A DNA stretch of 64,000 nucleotides from Candidatus Latescibacterota bacterium (GTDB lineage: Bacteria; Latescibacterota; UBA2968; UBA8231): positions 640,001 through 704,000 of the forward strand of contig CBDCXV010000009.1 of the NCBI GenBank assembly GCA_965223905.1, written 5' to 3'. The notes under the pieces are model-generated. The model did no database searches and had not been told where the DNA came from. It saw only the letters and a list, made by a program, of their open reading frames with translations. A program made the translations under genes and the position numbers. Numbering within the stretch: position 1 is the first letter of the stretch; the number at the start of each line of letters is the position of its first letter. Below are positions 37,631 through 47,317 of this stretch, piece by piece.

Positions 37631-40600
37631 TCAGGCGCGGTCGATGGCGAAGGTGACGGTCTCGCCGTCGATGTCGCTCTCCTTGCGAAGCAGGACCTCT
37701 CCGGGAAGTTCGTCAAGCCGAATCTCGGTTGCCAACGTCTCGGCGGCAATGTAGTTGCGGTGGTGCCGGGAGGCGGACACAACCGGACGGGAACCCGCGA
37801 TCCACAGGCGGATTCGATCCGAAACCTCGAGCCCGGCAGTCTTGCGCAGGTTCTGCACGCGGTTCACCACTTCGCGCGCCGTCCCCTCACGGATCAGCTC
37901 TTTGTCGAGATTTACGTCGAGGCCGACGCACAGGTTGCCGTCGACGGCGACCACCACCCCTTCTTTCTCGCGGCGCGTCAGCTGCACGTCATCGGAGCCG
38001 ATGGTACCTCCGGCGACGGGCATGCGTTCCCCCGTTTCCAGGCGCGCCACCTCGGCGCGTGTCAGCTTCTCGATGAAAGCCGCAACCTCCTTCACGCGCT
38101 TGCCGAAACGGGGTCCGAGCGCCCGGTAGTTGGCCTTGCAGGAAACCTCGCTGATCTCCGCCTCGTCCTCGACGAAAACGACCTCCTTGACGTTGAGCTC
38201 GTCGGCGACGAGGTCGGCGAGGTCGGCGAGCTTTTCGGCACCGCTTTCGTCAGGGGGTAGCAGCAGCACGCGGCCGAGGGGCTGGCGGATTCTGATTTCG
38301 TGCCTGCTGCGCAAGGAGCGTCCCAGGGTCACCGCCCGCGCTGCCAGCGCCATCTGCTGCTCGAGCCCGGAATCGCGCATCTCCTCGTCTGCTTCGGGCA
38401 TGTCGCACAGGTGTACGCTCAGGGGGGCCTCGGGGTCCCACGAGCGCACCAGGTTTTGGTAGATCTTCTCGGTCGCGAAGGGCAGCACCGGCGCCAGGCT
38501 TTTTACGAAGGTCACCAGCACGCGGTAAAGAGTCGCGTACGCCGACGCCTTGTCGTCGTCGTCCTCCGATTTCCAGAAGCGGCGGCGGCTGCGGCGGATG
38601 TACCAGTTGGTGAGCTTCTCGACGAAGGCGACCATGGCCGGCACCGTCCGGTAGAGCCGGTAGGCTTCCATCTCGGCGTTGATGTCGTGGACGAGGGTCT
38701 GCAGCTCCGAGAGGATCCAGCGGTCGAGCAGGTTTGCCGCCCCGGGGTCGCGCGGTTCGGCCGGCGACCAGCGGTCGACACCGGCGTAGGTGACGAAGAA
38801 GCTGTAGGCGTTCCACAGCGGGATGATGACGTCGCGCAGACTCTGCCTGATGCCGGTTTCGGTGAGGCGCATCTCCTCGGCCTTCAGGGCCGGAGAGTTC
38901 AACAAGTAGAGGCGCAGCGCGTCGGCCCCGTAGAGGTCGAGCATCTCCGTCGGCTCGGGGTAGTTCTTCAGCCGCTTGCTCATCTTGCGACCGTCTTCGG
39001 CGAGCAGCATGCCCGTGACGATGCAGTTGCGGTACGCTGGCTTGTCGAACAGGGCCGCGGCGAGGATAGTCAGGGTGTAGAACCACCCCCGCGTCTGATC
39101 GAGGGACTCGGTGATGAAGTCGGCTGGGAAATTCTGCTCGAAGTACTCCCGGTTTTCGAACGGATAGTGGTTCTGCGCGTACGGCATCGACCCGGATTCG
39201 AACCAGCAGTCGAGAACCGCGGGGACTCTCTTCAGCACCCCGTTGCCCGACGGCGCCGGGATCTCGATGCCGTCGACGAACTGCTTGTGCAGGTCGGTGA
39301 CCGTCCGTCCGCTGAGCCGTTCGAGCTCCTCGACGCTGCCGACGCAGACGGCCTCACCTGTTTCGTCGTTGCGCCAGACCGGCAGGGGCGTTCCCCAGTA
39401 GCGGTCGCGGCTGATGCACCAGTCGCGGGCTCCCTGCAGCCACTTTCCGAAGCGCCCGCCTCGGATGTGCTCCGGGATCCACCAGATCTGCTCGTTGGCT
39501 CCCAGCATCGAATCCTTGATGCCCTCGACCCCGACGAACCAGCTCGAAATGGCCCGGTAGATCAGGGGGGATTCACAGCGCCAGCAGAACGGATACGAGT
39601 GCACCAGGGAGCTTTCGCTGAACAACTGGCCCCGGCGCCGCAGCAGGCGGATGATGTCGGTGTCGGCGTCCTTGACGAAGCGGTCTGCGTAGTCGGGGAT
39701 GGCGCCGGTAAAGCGGCAGTCCTCGTCGATCGGGCAGACCGCGGGCAGTCCCTCCCGGAGGCCGAGCTGATAGTCGTCCTCGCCGAAACCAGGTGCGATG
39801 TGGACGATGCCGGTGCCGTCGTCGGTCGACACGAAGTCCGCGGCGACGACGCGGAAAGCGCCCTCGTTCGCGAGCCCTGCGAAACAGTCGAACAGCGGCT
39901 CGTAGCGGAGGCCGAGCAGAGCTTCCGCAGGCTGCTCCTCGACCGCGGCGATCTCGTCCTCGCGCTGACGCAAGACCGGATCGAGCCGCTCGCGGGCCAG
40001 GATCAGCCGTTCGCCGTCGCGCAGCTGCACGCGGACGTACTCGCAGTCCGTGGCGATCGCCAGGGCCATGTTGGCGGGAAGCGTCCACGGCGTCGTGGTC
40101 CAGGCGAGGATCGAGGTGTTTTCCGCCTCCTTCACCCGGAAGCGGATCGTGATCGAAGGGTCCTGGGTATCGCGGTACCCCTGGTTGACCTCGAAGTTCG
40201 ACAACGCCGTGGCGCAGCGCGGGCAGTAGGCCAACGACTTGTAGCCCTCGTAGACGAGGCCGAGGTCCCAGAGGCGCTTGAACACCCACCAGACCGACTC
40301 CATGAACTCCGGGTCCATGGTGAGGTACTGGTTGTCCCAGTCGACCCAGCGCCCGACGCGGCGGACCAGCTGCTCCCACTCGGCCGTGTAGCGAAGCACG
40401 AGCGAGCGGCAGTAGTCGTTGAAGTGCGGCACCCCGTACTCGAGGATGTCCTTGCGCGATCGGAGGCCGAGCTGTTGTTCCGCCTCGTTCTCCACCGGCA
40501 GGCCGTGGCAGTCCCAACCGAAGCGGCGCTCGACCCGGTATCCGCGCATCGTCCAGTAGCGGGCCACCACGTCCTTGACGATGGAAACCAACAGGTGCCC

Positions 40601-40804
40601 GTAGTGGGGCAGGCCGCTCGCGAATGGCGGGCCGTCGTAGAAAATGAAAGGGTTGGCCTCCGGTCTCGACTGCACGGACAGCTCGTAGGCGGAGGTCTGC
40701 TCCCACAGCTCCAGGGTTTTCCGCTCCTGGGCCGGGAAGTCGACCTGGGAGGGCACCGGATCGAAGATTGGGGGCGGACTCTGTTTGCGGGCGGATTCCA
40801 CCAT
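37631..40804 (-). CDS. ileS: Isoleucine--tRNA ligase (type 2)
   Basis: 'DGPPFASGLPHYGH', 'GWDCHGLP', 'WTTTPWTLP', 'DQTRGWFY', 'KMSKRLKNY'. Confidence 0.97.
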   Translation of the reverse strand: MVESARKQSPPPIFDPVPSQVDFPAQERKTLELWEQTSAYELSVQSRPEANPFIFYDGPPFASGLPHYGHLLVSIVKDVVARYWTMRGYRVERRFGWDCHGLPVENEAEQQLGLRSRKDILEYGVPHFNDYCRSLVLRYTAEWEQLVRRVGRWVDWDNQYLTMDPEFMESVWWVFKRLWDLGLVYEGYKSLAYCPRCATALSNFEVNQGYRDTQDPSITIRFRVKEAENTSILAWTTTPWTLPANMALAIATDCEYVRVQLRDGERLILARERLDPVLRQREDEIAAVEEQPAEALLGLRYEPLFDCFAGLANEGAFRVVAADFVSTDDGTGIVHIAPGFGEDDYQLGLREGLPAVCPIDEDCRFTGAIPDYADRFVKDADTDIIRLLRRRGQLFSESSLVHSYPFCWRCESPLIYRAISSWFVGVEGIKDSMLGANEQIWWIPEHIRGGRFGKWLQGARDWCISRDRYWGTPLPVWRNDETGEAVCVGSVEELERLSGRTVTDLHKQFVDGIEIPAPSGNGVLKRVPAVLDCWFESGSMPYAQNHYPFENREYFEQNFPADFITESLDQTRGWFYTLTILAAALFDKPAYRNCIVTGMLLAEDGRKMSKRLKNYPEPTEMLDLYGADALRLYLLNSPALKAEEMRLTETGIRQSLRDVIIPLWNAYSFFVTYAGVDRWSPAEPRDPGAANLLDRWILSELQTLVHDINAEMEAYRLYRTVPAMVAFVEKLTNWYIRRSRRRFWKSEDDDDKASAYATLYRVLVTFVKSLAPVLPFATEKIYQNLVRSWDPEAPLSVHLCDMPEADEEMRDSGLEQQMALAARAVTLGRSLRSRHEIRIRQPLGRVLLLPPDESGAEKLADLADLVADELNVKEVVFVEDEAEISEVSCKANYRALGPRFGKRVKEVAAFIEKLTRAEVARLETGERMPVAGGTIGSDDVQLTRREKEGVVVAVDGNLCVGLDVNLDKELIREGTAREVVNRVQNLRKTAGLEVSDRIRLWIAGSRPVVSASRHHRNYIAAETLATEIRLDELPGEVLLRKESDIDGETVTFAIDRA

Positions 40805-40886
40805 GGCGCTGGTTGCCGGTCTGTCGCCGGCCGCTTGGTTTACTCTGCGTGCCGGGAGCTGAAGGTCGGCTCGCTGTATTCGGTCC

Positions 40887-41171
40887 CTACAGATGGATGC
40901 TGCGCAGAAACCAGATGACGATCTGCAGCAGCAGGATCAGGAACAGAGGGGTGAAATCCAGTCCGGTCGACCACAGGACATTCGGCACGTAAGGGCGCAA
41001 CCTGGCGAGCGCAGGCTCGGTCACGGCGCGCAGAAACCGGACGATCGGGTTGTAAGGGTCGGGATTTATCCAGGAGATCACCACCGCGACGATCACCACA
41101 TACATGTAACCAGTCAACAACGAGACGATGATCCCGATGACCCCCATCAGGAAATAACTGTGATCGAACAA
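40887..41171 (-). CDS. yggT: YggT family membrane protein
   Basis: 'SWINPDPYNPIVRFLRAVTEP.L', 'LDFTP'. Confidence 0.9.
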   Translation of the reverse strand: MFDHSYFLMGVIGIIVSLLTGYMYVVIVAVVISWINPDPYNPIVRFLRAVTEPALARLRPYVPNVLWSTGLDFTPLFLILLLQIVIWFLRSIHL

Positions 41172-41213
41172 AGGAAACTCCTAATAACTGTGATCGAACA
41201 AAGGAAACTCCTA
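41154..41213. repeat. Exact 30-bp tandem duplication of the yggS stop / RBS / yggT start junction
   Basis: ataactgtgatcgaacaaaggaaactccta x2. Confidence 0.9.
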
Positions 41214-41906
41214 TGGTGACGAACGCGGTCCGAAAATCGCCGTCCCTACCCGCACCATGCTGGCCCCCTCTTCGATGGCGATTTCGAAATCGCCGCTCAT
41301 GCCCATGGACAGGACGGAGGAATCGACGCCTTCGAAAGCGGCCTTGGCAAGGTCCTCGGACAGGGAGCGCACGCGCCCGAAACAGGAGCGCAGGCGAGTC
41401 TCGTCCGAGGTGAACTCGGCGATCGTCATCAGGCCGAGAACCCGCAAGTGGGACATCCCGGCGACCTGCTCCGCCAGGGGCAGGGTCTCCTCCGGGGGGA
41501 CTCCTCCTTGCCCGGCCGCCCCGGAGCTGTTGACCTGAAGCAGCACATCGAGTGAGCGCCCCGCCTGGACGGCGCGCCGTTGCAGGGTGGCCGCCAGGCG
41601 GGGGCTGTCCACAGATTGCACGACGTCGAAGAGTTCCACGGCCCTGCCCGCCTTGTTCGACTGCAGGAGGCCAACCAGGTGCCAGGTGGCGGCGGATTGC
41701 ACGCGCCGCCGCTTCGATTCCGCTTCTTGGACGCGGTTTTCGCCCAGGTGGGTCACCCCCGCGGCGATCGCCGCCTCGATCTCGTCGGCCGACCGGGATT
41801 TGCTGACGGCTACCAGCGTTACGGCGTCCGGCTGCCTTCCGGAGCGGGCCGCCGCGCGCGCGATTCGCTCCTCGACGGCCTGCAGTTTGCGGGCAATCTC
41901 ATTCAC
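41211..41906 (-). CDS. yggS: PLP homeostasis protein (YggS family)
   Basis: 'LVAVSK', 'GENRVQE', 'WHLVG.LQSNK', 'LSMGMSGDFEIAIEEGASMVRVGTAIFG'; GTG start inferred. Confidence 0.92.
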   Translation of the reverse strand: MNEIARKLQAVEERIARAAARSGRQPDAVTLVAVSKSRSADEIEAAIAAGVTHLGENRVQEAESKRRRVQSAATWHLVGLLQSNKAGRAVELFDVVQSVDSPRLAATLQRRAVQAGRSLDVLLQVNSSGAAGQGGVPPEETLPLAEQVAGMSHLRVLGLMTIAEFTSDETRLRSCFGRVRSLSEDLAKAAFEGVDSSVLSMGMSGDFEIAIEEGASMVRVGTAIFGPRSSP

Positions 41907-42082
41907 GAAGGGCTGTTTCGTCGAAAAAACCGCAAACACCTGAATGTACGGCTGCCTCCCTCGGCGGCACAATTTGAACGCGGCCGGTCCCGGGGGAGCC
42001 CGGTCCGTCGAAGCCGGATTTCAGCTCTACGCTGGTTGTCTGCTTCTCCGAGAAAGCGCAGGGCCTCGGCGGCCGAAGCGTT

Positions 42083-43438
42083 TCAGCGAGCAGCGCTCTC
42101 GGTAGATTCGGCCGCGGCTCCCAAGGGGAGTTCGGCTGGCTTTTCCGGCTCGAAGAAGACCAAATCTTCGGGTGGCATGAACAGCCGCGCGAGCGCCGGC
42201 AGCAGGACCGCGTACAGCAGCAGGTCGGCTACCGCGATCTGGCGTACCAGCTGGGAAAGGGGGGGCGCAAACAGGGCAGCCACGCCTTCGGGCCGGCAGG
42301 CGATCTCGTACAGCAGGGCTCCCGCCGGCAACAGCAGCAGGCCGTGGCGACGGGAAAAAACGTCGGGGGCCAGTGGCAGCGGGTGCCAGGCCGAGGGTGC
42401 GAGAACGCGCGCCGCGACGACCACGAGAAGCTGCAGGACCAGAAGCTCGTACAGACCCGGAGCCGGGGAGGTCACCAGCTGGACAGGATCGAGGGAGGCG
42501 CCGGCGAGGGCAAAGAAAACCAGCCCCGCCGGGGAGCGGCCCGGTTCCAGCATCTGCCGCAGGCGGCCGGATCCGTCCATGGCAGCGAGAACGACCCCGG
42601 CGCCCAGCCCGGCGATCAGGGCAAACAGGTAAGCGTCTCGGACGAGAAGAGCCAGCAGCAGAAAGCCGGCGCCAAGCCCGACAACCGACGCCGTCGGAGT
42701 ACCCAGAAGCCGGAGCCGCCACAGCAGCAGGGCAAGGGCGGGGCCGAGTGCCGCCGAGGTCCACAGCCGCAACAGGACTGGCCCGGCGCCGCTGGCGAAC
42801 GAATCCCGCTGTGCCGCGACAAGCAGGACGGCACTCAGCAGTGTCAGGCTGAACCCGGCGCCGAGGGCAGCGGCCAGCACCGGTTCGTTTTTCCGGGTCA
42901 GCGTCGAAACGACGATCGGTCCCCAGAAGGTCGCCAGGGCTCCGAGGGCCAATGCGAATTCAACGGAGAGCCCGGCGAGCAGGATCGCCCCGCCCCCGAA
43001 AACGGCGGCCGTCCCCGCGGTCGACAGGAAGATCGCCAGAGGAAGGGGAGGTCGGCGCCGTTCCCAGCGCAGGTCCAGGCCGAGGCCGACCAAGCAACCC
43101 AGCCACAACGCCGCCACAGCGTAGACGAGATCGACGCTGCCGGAGGCAGCCGGCAGAACCACCCGCATCCCCCCTTGTCCGAGGATCAGTCCGGCGGCCA
43201 TCCAGCCGACGACGTCGGGGACGGAGATGCTGCGGACCATCTGTTGAGCGACGAAGGCGAGCGCCAGGAGCAACCCGATAGACCACGCAGAGTCGATACC
43301 CGGTCGCGGCTCCGGCGTCACCATCGCCATGAAGAGCAGCAGGCAGCATACCGCCCAGCGGGAGTTATGGGGTAATTGCGAAGGAATTCCCAGGGAGGAC
43401 CTCGCCCTTCGCAGTCCTCCGACTCCGACCTTTTTCAT
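42083..43438 (-). CDS. Polytopic membrane protein resembling CPA-family cation:proton antiporters (start uncertain)
   Basis: About 12 hydrophobic segments; 'VPDVVGWMAAGLILG', 'LVGLGLDL', 'LVFFALAGASLD' patterns. Confidence 0.55.
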   Translation of the reverse strand: MKKVGVGGLRRARSSLGIPSQLPHNSRWAVCCLLLFMAMVTPEPRPGIDSAWSIGLLLALAFVAQQMVRSISVPDVVGWMAAGLILGQGGMRVVLPAASGSVDLVYAVAALWLGCLVGLGLDLRWERRRPPLPLAIFLSTAGTAAVFGGGAILLAGLSVEFALALGALATFWGPIVVSTLTRKNEPVLAAALGAGFSLTLLSAVLLVAAQRDSFASGAGPVLLRLWTSAALGPALALLLWRLRLLGTPTASVVGLGAGFLLLALLVRDAYLFALIAGLGAGVVLAAMDGSGRLRQMLEPGRSPAGLVFFALAGASLDPVQLVTSPAPGLYELLVLQLLVVVAARVLAPSAWHPLPLAPDVFSRRHGLLLLPAGALLYEIACRPEGVAALFAPPLSQLVRQIAVADLLLYAVLLPALARLFMPPEDLVFFEPEKPAELPLGAAAESTESAAR

Positions 43439-43536
43439 CCGCAGGGCCTTGGCAGGTGCGAAGGAATTCCCAGGGAGGACCTCGCCCTTCGCAGTCCTCC
43501 GACTCCGACCTTTTTCATCCGCAGGGCCTTGGCAGG
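43377..43536. repeat. Exact 80-bp tandem duplication with internal pseudoknot-compatible inverted repeats
   Basis: 43377-43456 = 43457-43536; each unit contains the pairs tgcgaagg/ccttcgca and ggaggac/gtcctcc. Confidence 0.9.
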
Positions 43537-43572
43537 CAGGTATACGCTCCGCGCATCCGGCGGGGAGCCAGC

Positions 43573-46242
43573 CTACCTGCCGCCGCGCTGCTGCCGCCGC
43601 GCCCGCTCCTGTCGCCGCTGCGAACGTTCGTGTCCGGCCAGCAGCACGGGGCTGGCGACGAACACGGAGGAGTAGGTCCCCACCAGGATACCCACGGCGA
43701 GGGTGAGGGTGAAGTCGCGAATCACCTCCCCGCCCCAGATCATCAGCACCGCGACGGCGATCAGGGTCGTCAGCGACGTTATCACGGTGCGGCTCAGGCA
43801 CTCGTTGATGCTGATGTTGAGGGTATCTGCGAACCCCCCGGTTTGGAGGCCGCTACGCAGGTTTTCGCGGATGCGGTCGAATACGACGATGGTGTCGTTC
43901 AGGGAATAGCCGACGATGGCGAGGATCGCCGCGACCACCGCAAGCGTGATCTCGATGTCGAGAATCGAGAGCAGGCCGAGGGTTATGAGGACGTCGTGAG
44001 CGAGGGCGGCGACCGCGGCGATACCGAACAGGAACTGCTTGAAGCGCCATGCCATGTAGACGAGGATCAGCGCCAGCGACACGATCACTGCGCGGAGCGC
44101 GGCGCCGGTCAGCTCTTCGCCGATCTTGGGACCTACTTTCTCCTGGCGTCGCACCCAGTCTGCACCTTCGGCGATGTTGGCGCCCAGGCCCGACCTGAGC
44201 ACCTGCTTGATTCCGTCGGCGACATCGGTGCCTACCTCCGATTCGGTGACGCGAATCAGTATGTTCTCCGGCGCCCCGAACTGCTTGATCTCGCTCGAGC
44301 TGTAGTCGCGCGTGCCGTCCCCGACCGGGACCGAGCCGAGATTGGACCGGATTTCCTCGACCGGAACCGCGGGTTCGAAATGCAGCTCGAGCAGGGTGCC
44401 CCCTGCAAAATCGATGCCGGGAGTCAGCTTGTTGACCGCGGCAACGGAGACCAGGCCGAGGGCGAGCACCGCGGCGGAAACGAGCATGGCGGTTTTTCGG
44501 AAGTGGATGAAGGGAATGCTCAGGTTCGCGAGCACCCCGACCGGGCCGATGCTCAAAGACTCGACCCGCTCCCTCGCGGTGTACAGCTCGAAAAGGCTGC
44601 GAGTGACGATGAGGGCGGTGAACAGACTCGAGGCGATCCCGACGCACAGGGTGAGGGCGAAGCCGCGGATGGGACCGGTGCCGAACTCGTAGAGCACGAT
44701 GCCGACGATGAAGGTGGTCAGGTTTGCGTCGATGATGGCGGAGAGCGCGTTGCCGTAGCCGCTGTCGATCGCGGATCGCACCGTCTTGCCGGAGCGCAGT
44801 TCCTCGCGGATGCGTTCGAAGATCAGGACGTTGGCGTCGACCGCCATTCCTATGGTCAGGATGATTCCGGCGATTCCCGGCAGGGTCAGCGTGGCATCGA
44901 AACCGGCGAGAACCGCGAACACGAAGAGGATGTTCAAGGCCAGGGCGACGTTGGCGACGAGGCCGGCGAAGCGGTAGTAGAGGAGCATGAATACCGCGAC
45001 GATGGCCATGCTGATCACCGCGGCCACCCGCCCCTGGGCAATCGAATCCCTTCCGAGAGAGGGGCCCACGGTCCGGTCCTCGATTACTTCGACCTTGGCC
45101 GGCAGGGCTCCGGCGCGCAGCACGATGGCGAGGTCCTTGGCTTCTTCCTCGTTGCTGAGACCGGTGATTTCCGCGCGCCCGGTCATGATCTTGGTCTGCA
45201 ACACGGGCGCCATGTAGACGGCGCCGTCGAGGACGATGGCGAGCCGCTCCCCGATGTGGGCGCCTGTGATCTGACGGAAAAGGCGGACGCCGTCGTCCGT
45301 CGTCGACAAGCCGACGACCGGCTGCCCCAGGTTCTCGATCTGTTGGCTGATCTGGACCTGGGCATCCTCGATCATGTTGCCGGTCATCTCCGGTTTCTTG
45401 CGCACGAGAAACAGTTTGTGGAACCGCTGCCCCGGGACCCCCTCGGACTTGCTGCTGAACAGGAACTCGACGTCCTCTGGAATGAGGGCTTCGGCGCGGG
45501 GGTCTTCGAGGTGGGCCTTGACCGCGGGGACGTCCTCGACCCGGATGACGACGTCGTCGCCAAGGCCCTGCAGGAGGGACGACAGTTCTCGGACCTCGGA
45601 AGCTGTCTCCTCCGGCTCCTCGAACAGTCCCTCGGCATCCCCGGTCCCGGTTTCGAACAGGCTCACCGGCTCATCCCCGCCTGCCGAGTCCGCAATGGCC
45701 GCCGCCTCCCCTTCGACTTCCGGTTCAGCGTCCCTCGCCGCGGCCGCGCTGTCTTCGCTGCCCGCGGCAAGCAGGCCGCTTATGCGCTGCAGCAGGCGGT
45801 TGCGGTCCTCGACCGGCTCGACGAGCTGGAACTCGAGCAGGGCGGTCTGTCCGATCAGGTTCTTGGCGCGCTCGACATCCTGCAGGCCCGGAAGCTCGAC
45901 GATGATGCGGTTGACTCCCTGGCGCTGAATGGTCGGCTCTGCGACCCCGAACTGATCGACGCGATTGCGGATGACCTCCTGCGCCCGCGCCACCGCATCC
46001 TGGGCCTCGTCGCCCGTCATCTCCTCTATATCCACTTCCATCACGAGGTGAATTCCCCCCTGCAGGTCGAGCCCGAGTGTGATGGCGCGTCCGTGGAGGT
46101 CGAAGTACTCGCCGGGGGAATTGAGCTTCATCGTCTCTCGTTCCGCGCTCGACATCCCGTAGAAGTCGAGCGACGGATACAGGTAGAAAGCGGCGACGGC
46201 GATCAACGCCAGACTCAGGAGAACCTTCCAGTTCTTTCTCAT
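43573..46242 (-). CDS. secDF: Fused protein translocase subunit SecDF
   Basis: 'LGLDLQGG', 'RVDQFGVAEP', 'LRAGALP', 'GMAVDANVLIFERIREE', 'GIDFAGG', 'GYSLNDTIVVFDRIRE'. Confidence 0.96.
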   Translation of the reverse strand: MRKNWKVLLSLALIAVAAFYLYPSLDFYGMSSAERETMKLNSPGEYFDLHGRAITLGLDLQGGIHLVMEVDIEEMTGDEAQDAVARAQEVIRNRVDQFGVAEPTIQRQGVNRIIVELPGLQDVERAKNLIGQTALLEFQLVEPVEDRNRLLQRISGLLAAGSEDSAAAARDAEPEVEGEAAAIADSAGGDEPVSLFETGTGDAEGLFEEPEETASEVRELSSLLQGLGDDVVIRVEDVPAVKAHLEDPRAEALIPEDVEFLFSSKSEGVPGQRFHKLFLVRKKPEMTGNMIEDAQVQISQQIENLGQPVVGLSTTDDGVRLFRQITGAHIGERLAIVLDGAVYMAPVLQTKIMTGRAEITGLSNEEEAKDLAIVLRAGALPAKVEVIEDRTVGPSLGRDSIAQGRVAAVISMAIVAVFMLLYYRFAGLVANVALALNILFVFAVLAGFDATLTLPGIAGIILTIGMAVDANVLIFERIREELRSGKTVRSAIDSGYGNALSAIIDANLTTFIVGIVLYEFGTGPIRGFALTLCVGIASSLFTALIVTRSLFELYTARERVESLSIGPVGVLANLSIPFIHFRKTAMLVSAAVLALGLVSVAAVNKLTPGIDFAGGTLLELHFEPAVPVEEIRSNLGSVPVGDGTRDYSSSEIKQFGAPENILIRVTESEVGTDVADGIKQVLRSGLGANIAEGADWVRRQEKVGPKIGEELTGAALRAVIVSLALILVYMAWRFKQFLFGIAAVAALAHDVLITLGLLSILDIEITLAVVAAILAIVGYSLNDTIVVFDRIRENLRSGLQTGGFADTLNISINECLSRTVITSLTTLIAVAVLMIWGGEVIRDFTLTLAVGILVGTYSSVFVASPVLLAGHERSQRRQERARRQQRGGR

Positions 46243-46288
46243 CTTCTCACGTATCCCATAGTTGCTTGTCCGCGAAATTGCCGGGACA

Positions 46289-47314
46289 CTACTCCAGCGG
46301 ATTCAGCGGAAGTTTCATTTCCTCAAGGCGGCCGTCGAGGCCGGACGATACCCGGTGGAGAGCCGCCCCGTCCTCGATGTAGAAAATCACCGCCTCGACC
46401 CTGGGGAGCGTCTCGACGAACTCGATACCGTCCACCGGTCCCATCACGAAGGCCGCGGTCGCCAGGATATCGGCGTCGAGGGCCGTTTCCGTCCATACCG
46501 AGGCGCTGATCGCCCTTGCGGCGGGATACCCGGTGGCCGGGTCGAGCAGGTGGTGGTAGCGTCTGCCCTCGAACTCGAACGCCTGCTCGTAGTCTCCCGA
46601 AGTCGCAAGGGCCGGAAGTCCCACCTCCTCAGCTACCAGGAAGCGCTCGCGCTCCCTGGGATGCAGCAGGCCCAACCGCCAGTCGCTGCCGTCCGGCTTG
46701 TCCCCCCAGTAGCGGATGTCGCCGCCGGCCTCGACGAGCCCCGCCTCGACACCGGCCTCGCGCAGCGCCTCGACGGCGCGGTCGACGGCGTATCCCTTGG
46801 CCGATCCGCCGAGGTCGACGCGCATCTCCGGCGCCGCCAAGGCGATCCCGGAGGGGCCGACCTGCAACCGGCGGAAGTCGACCAGGGCACGCGCCGAGTC
46901 GACCCGTGCCGAATCCGGCGGGACCGCGGCTTCGGGAAAGTTCCACAGCACCGTCAAAGGCCCGACGGTGGGGTCGTATGCCCCGCCGGTTCGGCGCGAC
47001 CAGTAGAGACCCCGTTCCACCACGAACCGCAATCCGGGCGCCTGGTCGTCGAGGCCGACACTGCCGGCGCTGTTGAGGCGACCGACGGCGCTGTTCGTCC
47101 GGTACCGGCTCAGCGACGAGTCGATGGCGTCGATCTCCCCTGCTGCCAGGGTGAAAAGCTCACCGGCTTCCTTCTCCGCGGCGTACATCGAGATGCGCAC
47201 GACCGTGCCCATGGCGACGTGGTGCTTCTCCACGGGAGGCGCGACTTCCGCGGGCGGCAGCAGTAGAAACAGGAGAAGCAGTCCCGCGCCGCCCAGAAGG
47301 ATGCGCGCCCTCAA
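46289..47314 (-). CDS. apbE: FAD:protein FMN transferase
   Basis: 'AMGT', 'DPTVGPL..LW', 'DLGG.AKGYAVD', 'ATSGDYE', 'HHLLDP.TG', 'ADILATA'. Confidence 0.92.
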   Translation of the reverse strand: MRARILLGGAGLLLLFLLLPPAEVAPPVEKHHVAMGTVVRISMYAAEKEAGELFTLAAGEIDAIDSSLSRYRTNSAVGRLNSAGSVGLDDQAPGLRFVVERGLYWSRRTGGAYDPTVGPLTVLWNFPEAAVPPDSARVDSARALVDFRRLQVGPSGIALAAPEMRVDLGGSAKGYAVDRAVEALREAGVEAGLVEAGGDIRYWGDKPDGSDWRLGLLHPRERERFLVAEEVGLPALATSGDYEQAFEFEGRRYHHLLDPATGYPAARAISASVWTETALDADILATAAFVMGPVDGIEFVETLPRVEAVIFYIEDGAALHRVSSGLDGRLEEMKLPLNPLE

Positions 47315-47317
47315 AAC

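Noticed and set aside
40805-40886. T-box leader upstream of ileS
   Set aside because: The gap is only ~80 bp and no T-box consensus is visible.
41154-41213. 30-bp repeat as a mini-CRISPR
   Set aside because: Copies are directly adjacent with no spacer and consist of gene-junction sequence.
43377-43536. 80-bp unit as an HDV-like ribozyme or a known riboswitch
   Set aside because: Only 5 nt lie between the candidate P2 and P1 strands, leaving no room for P3/L3; no consensus of SAM-II, preQ1, fluoride or nhaA motifs recognised by eye.
43456-46509. 1017-aa plus-strand ORF, and similar long ORFs at 38300-40918, 48397-51303, 30661-32607, 52297-54504 and 52833-55343
   Set aside because: Antisense or alternate-frame shadows of secDF, ileS, glcDE, the Omp85 gene and the ABC transporter; composition typical of non-coding frames.
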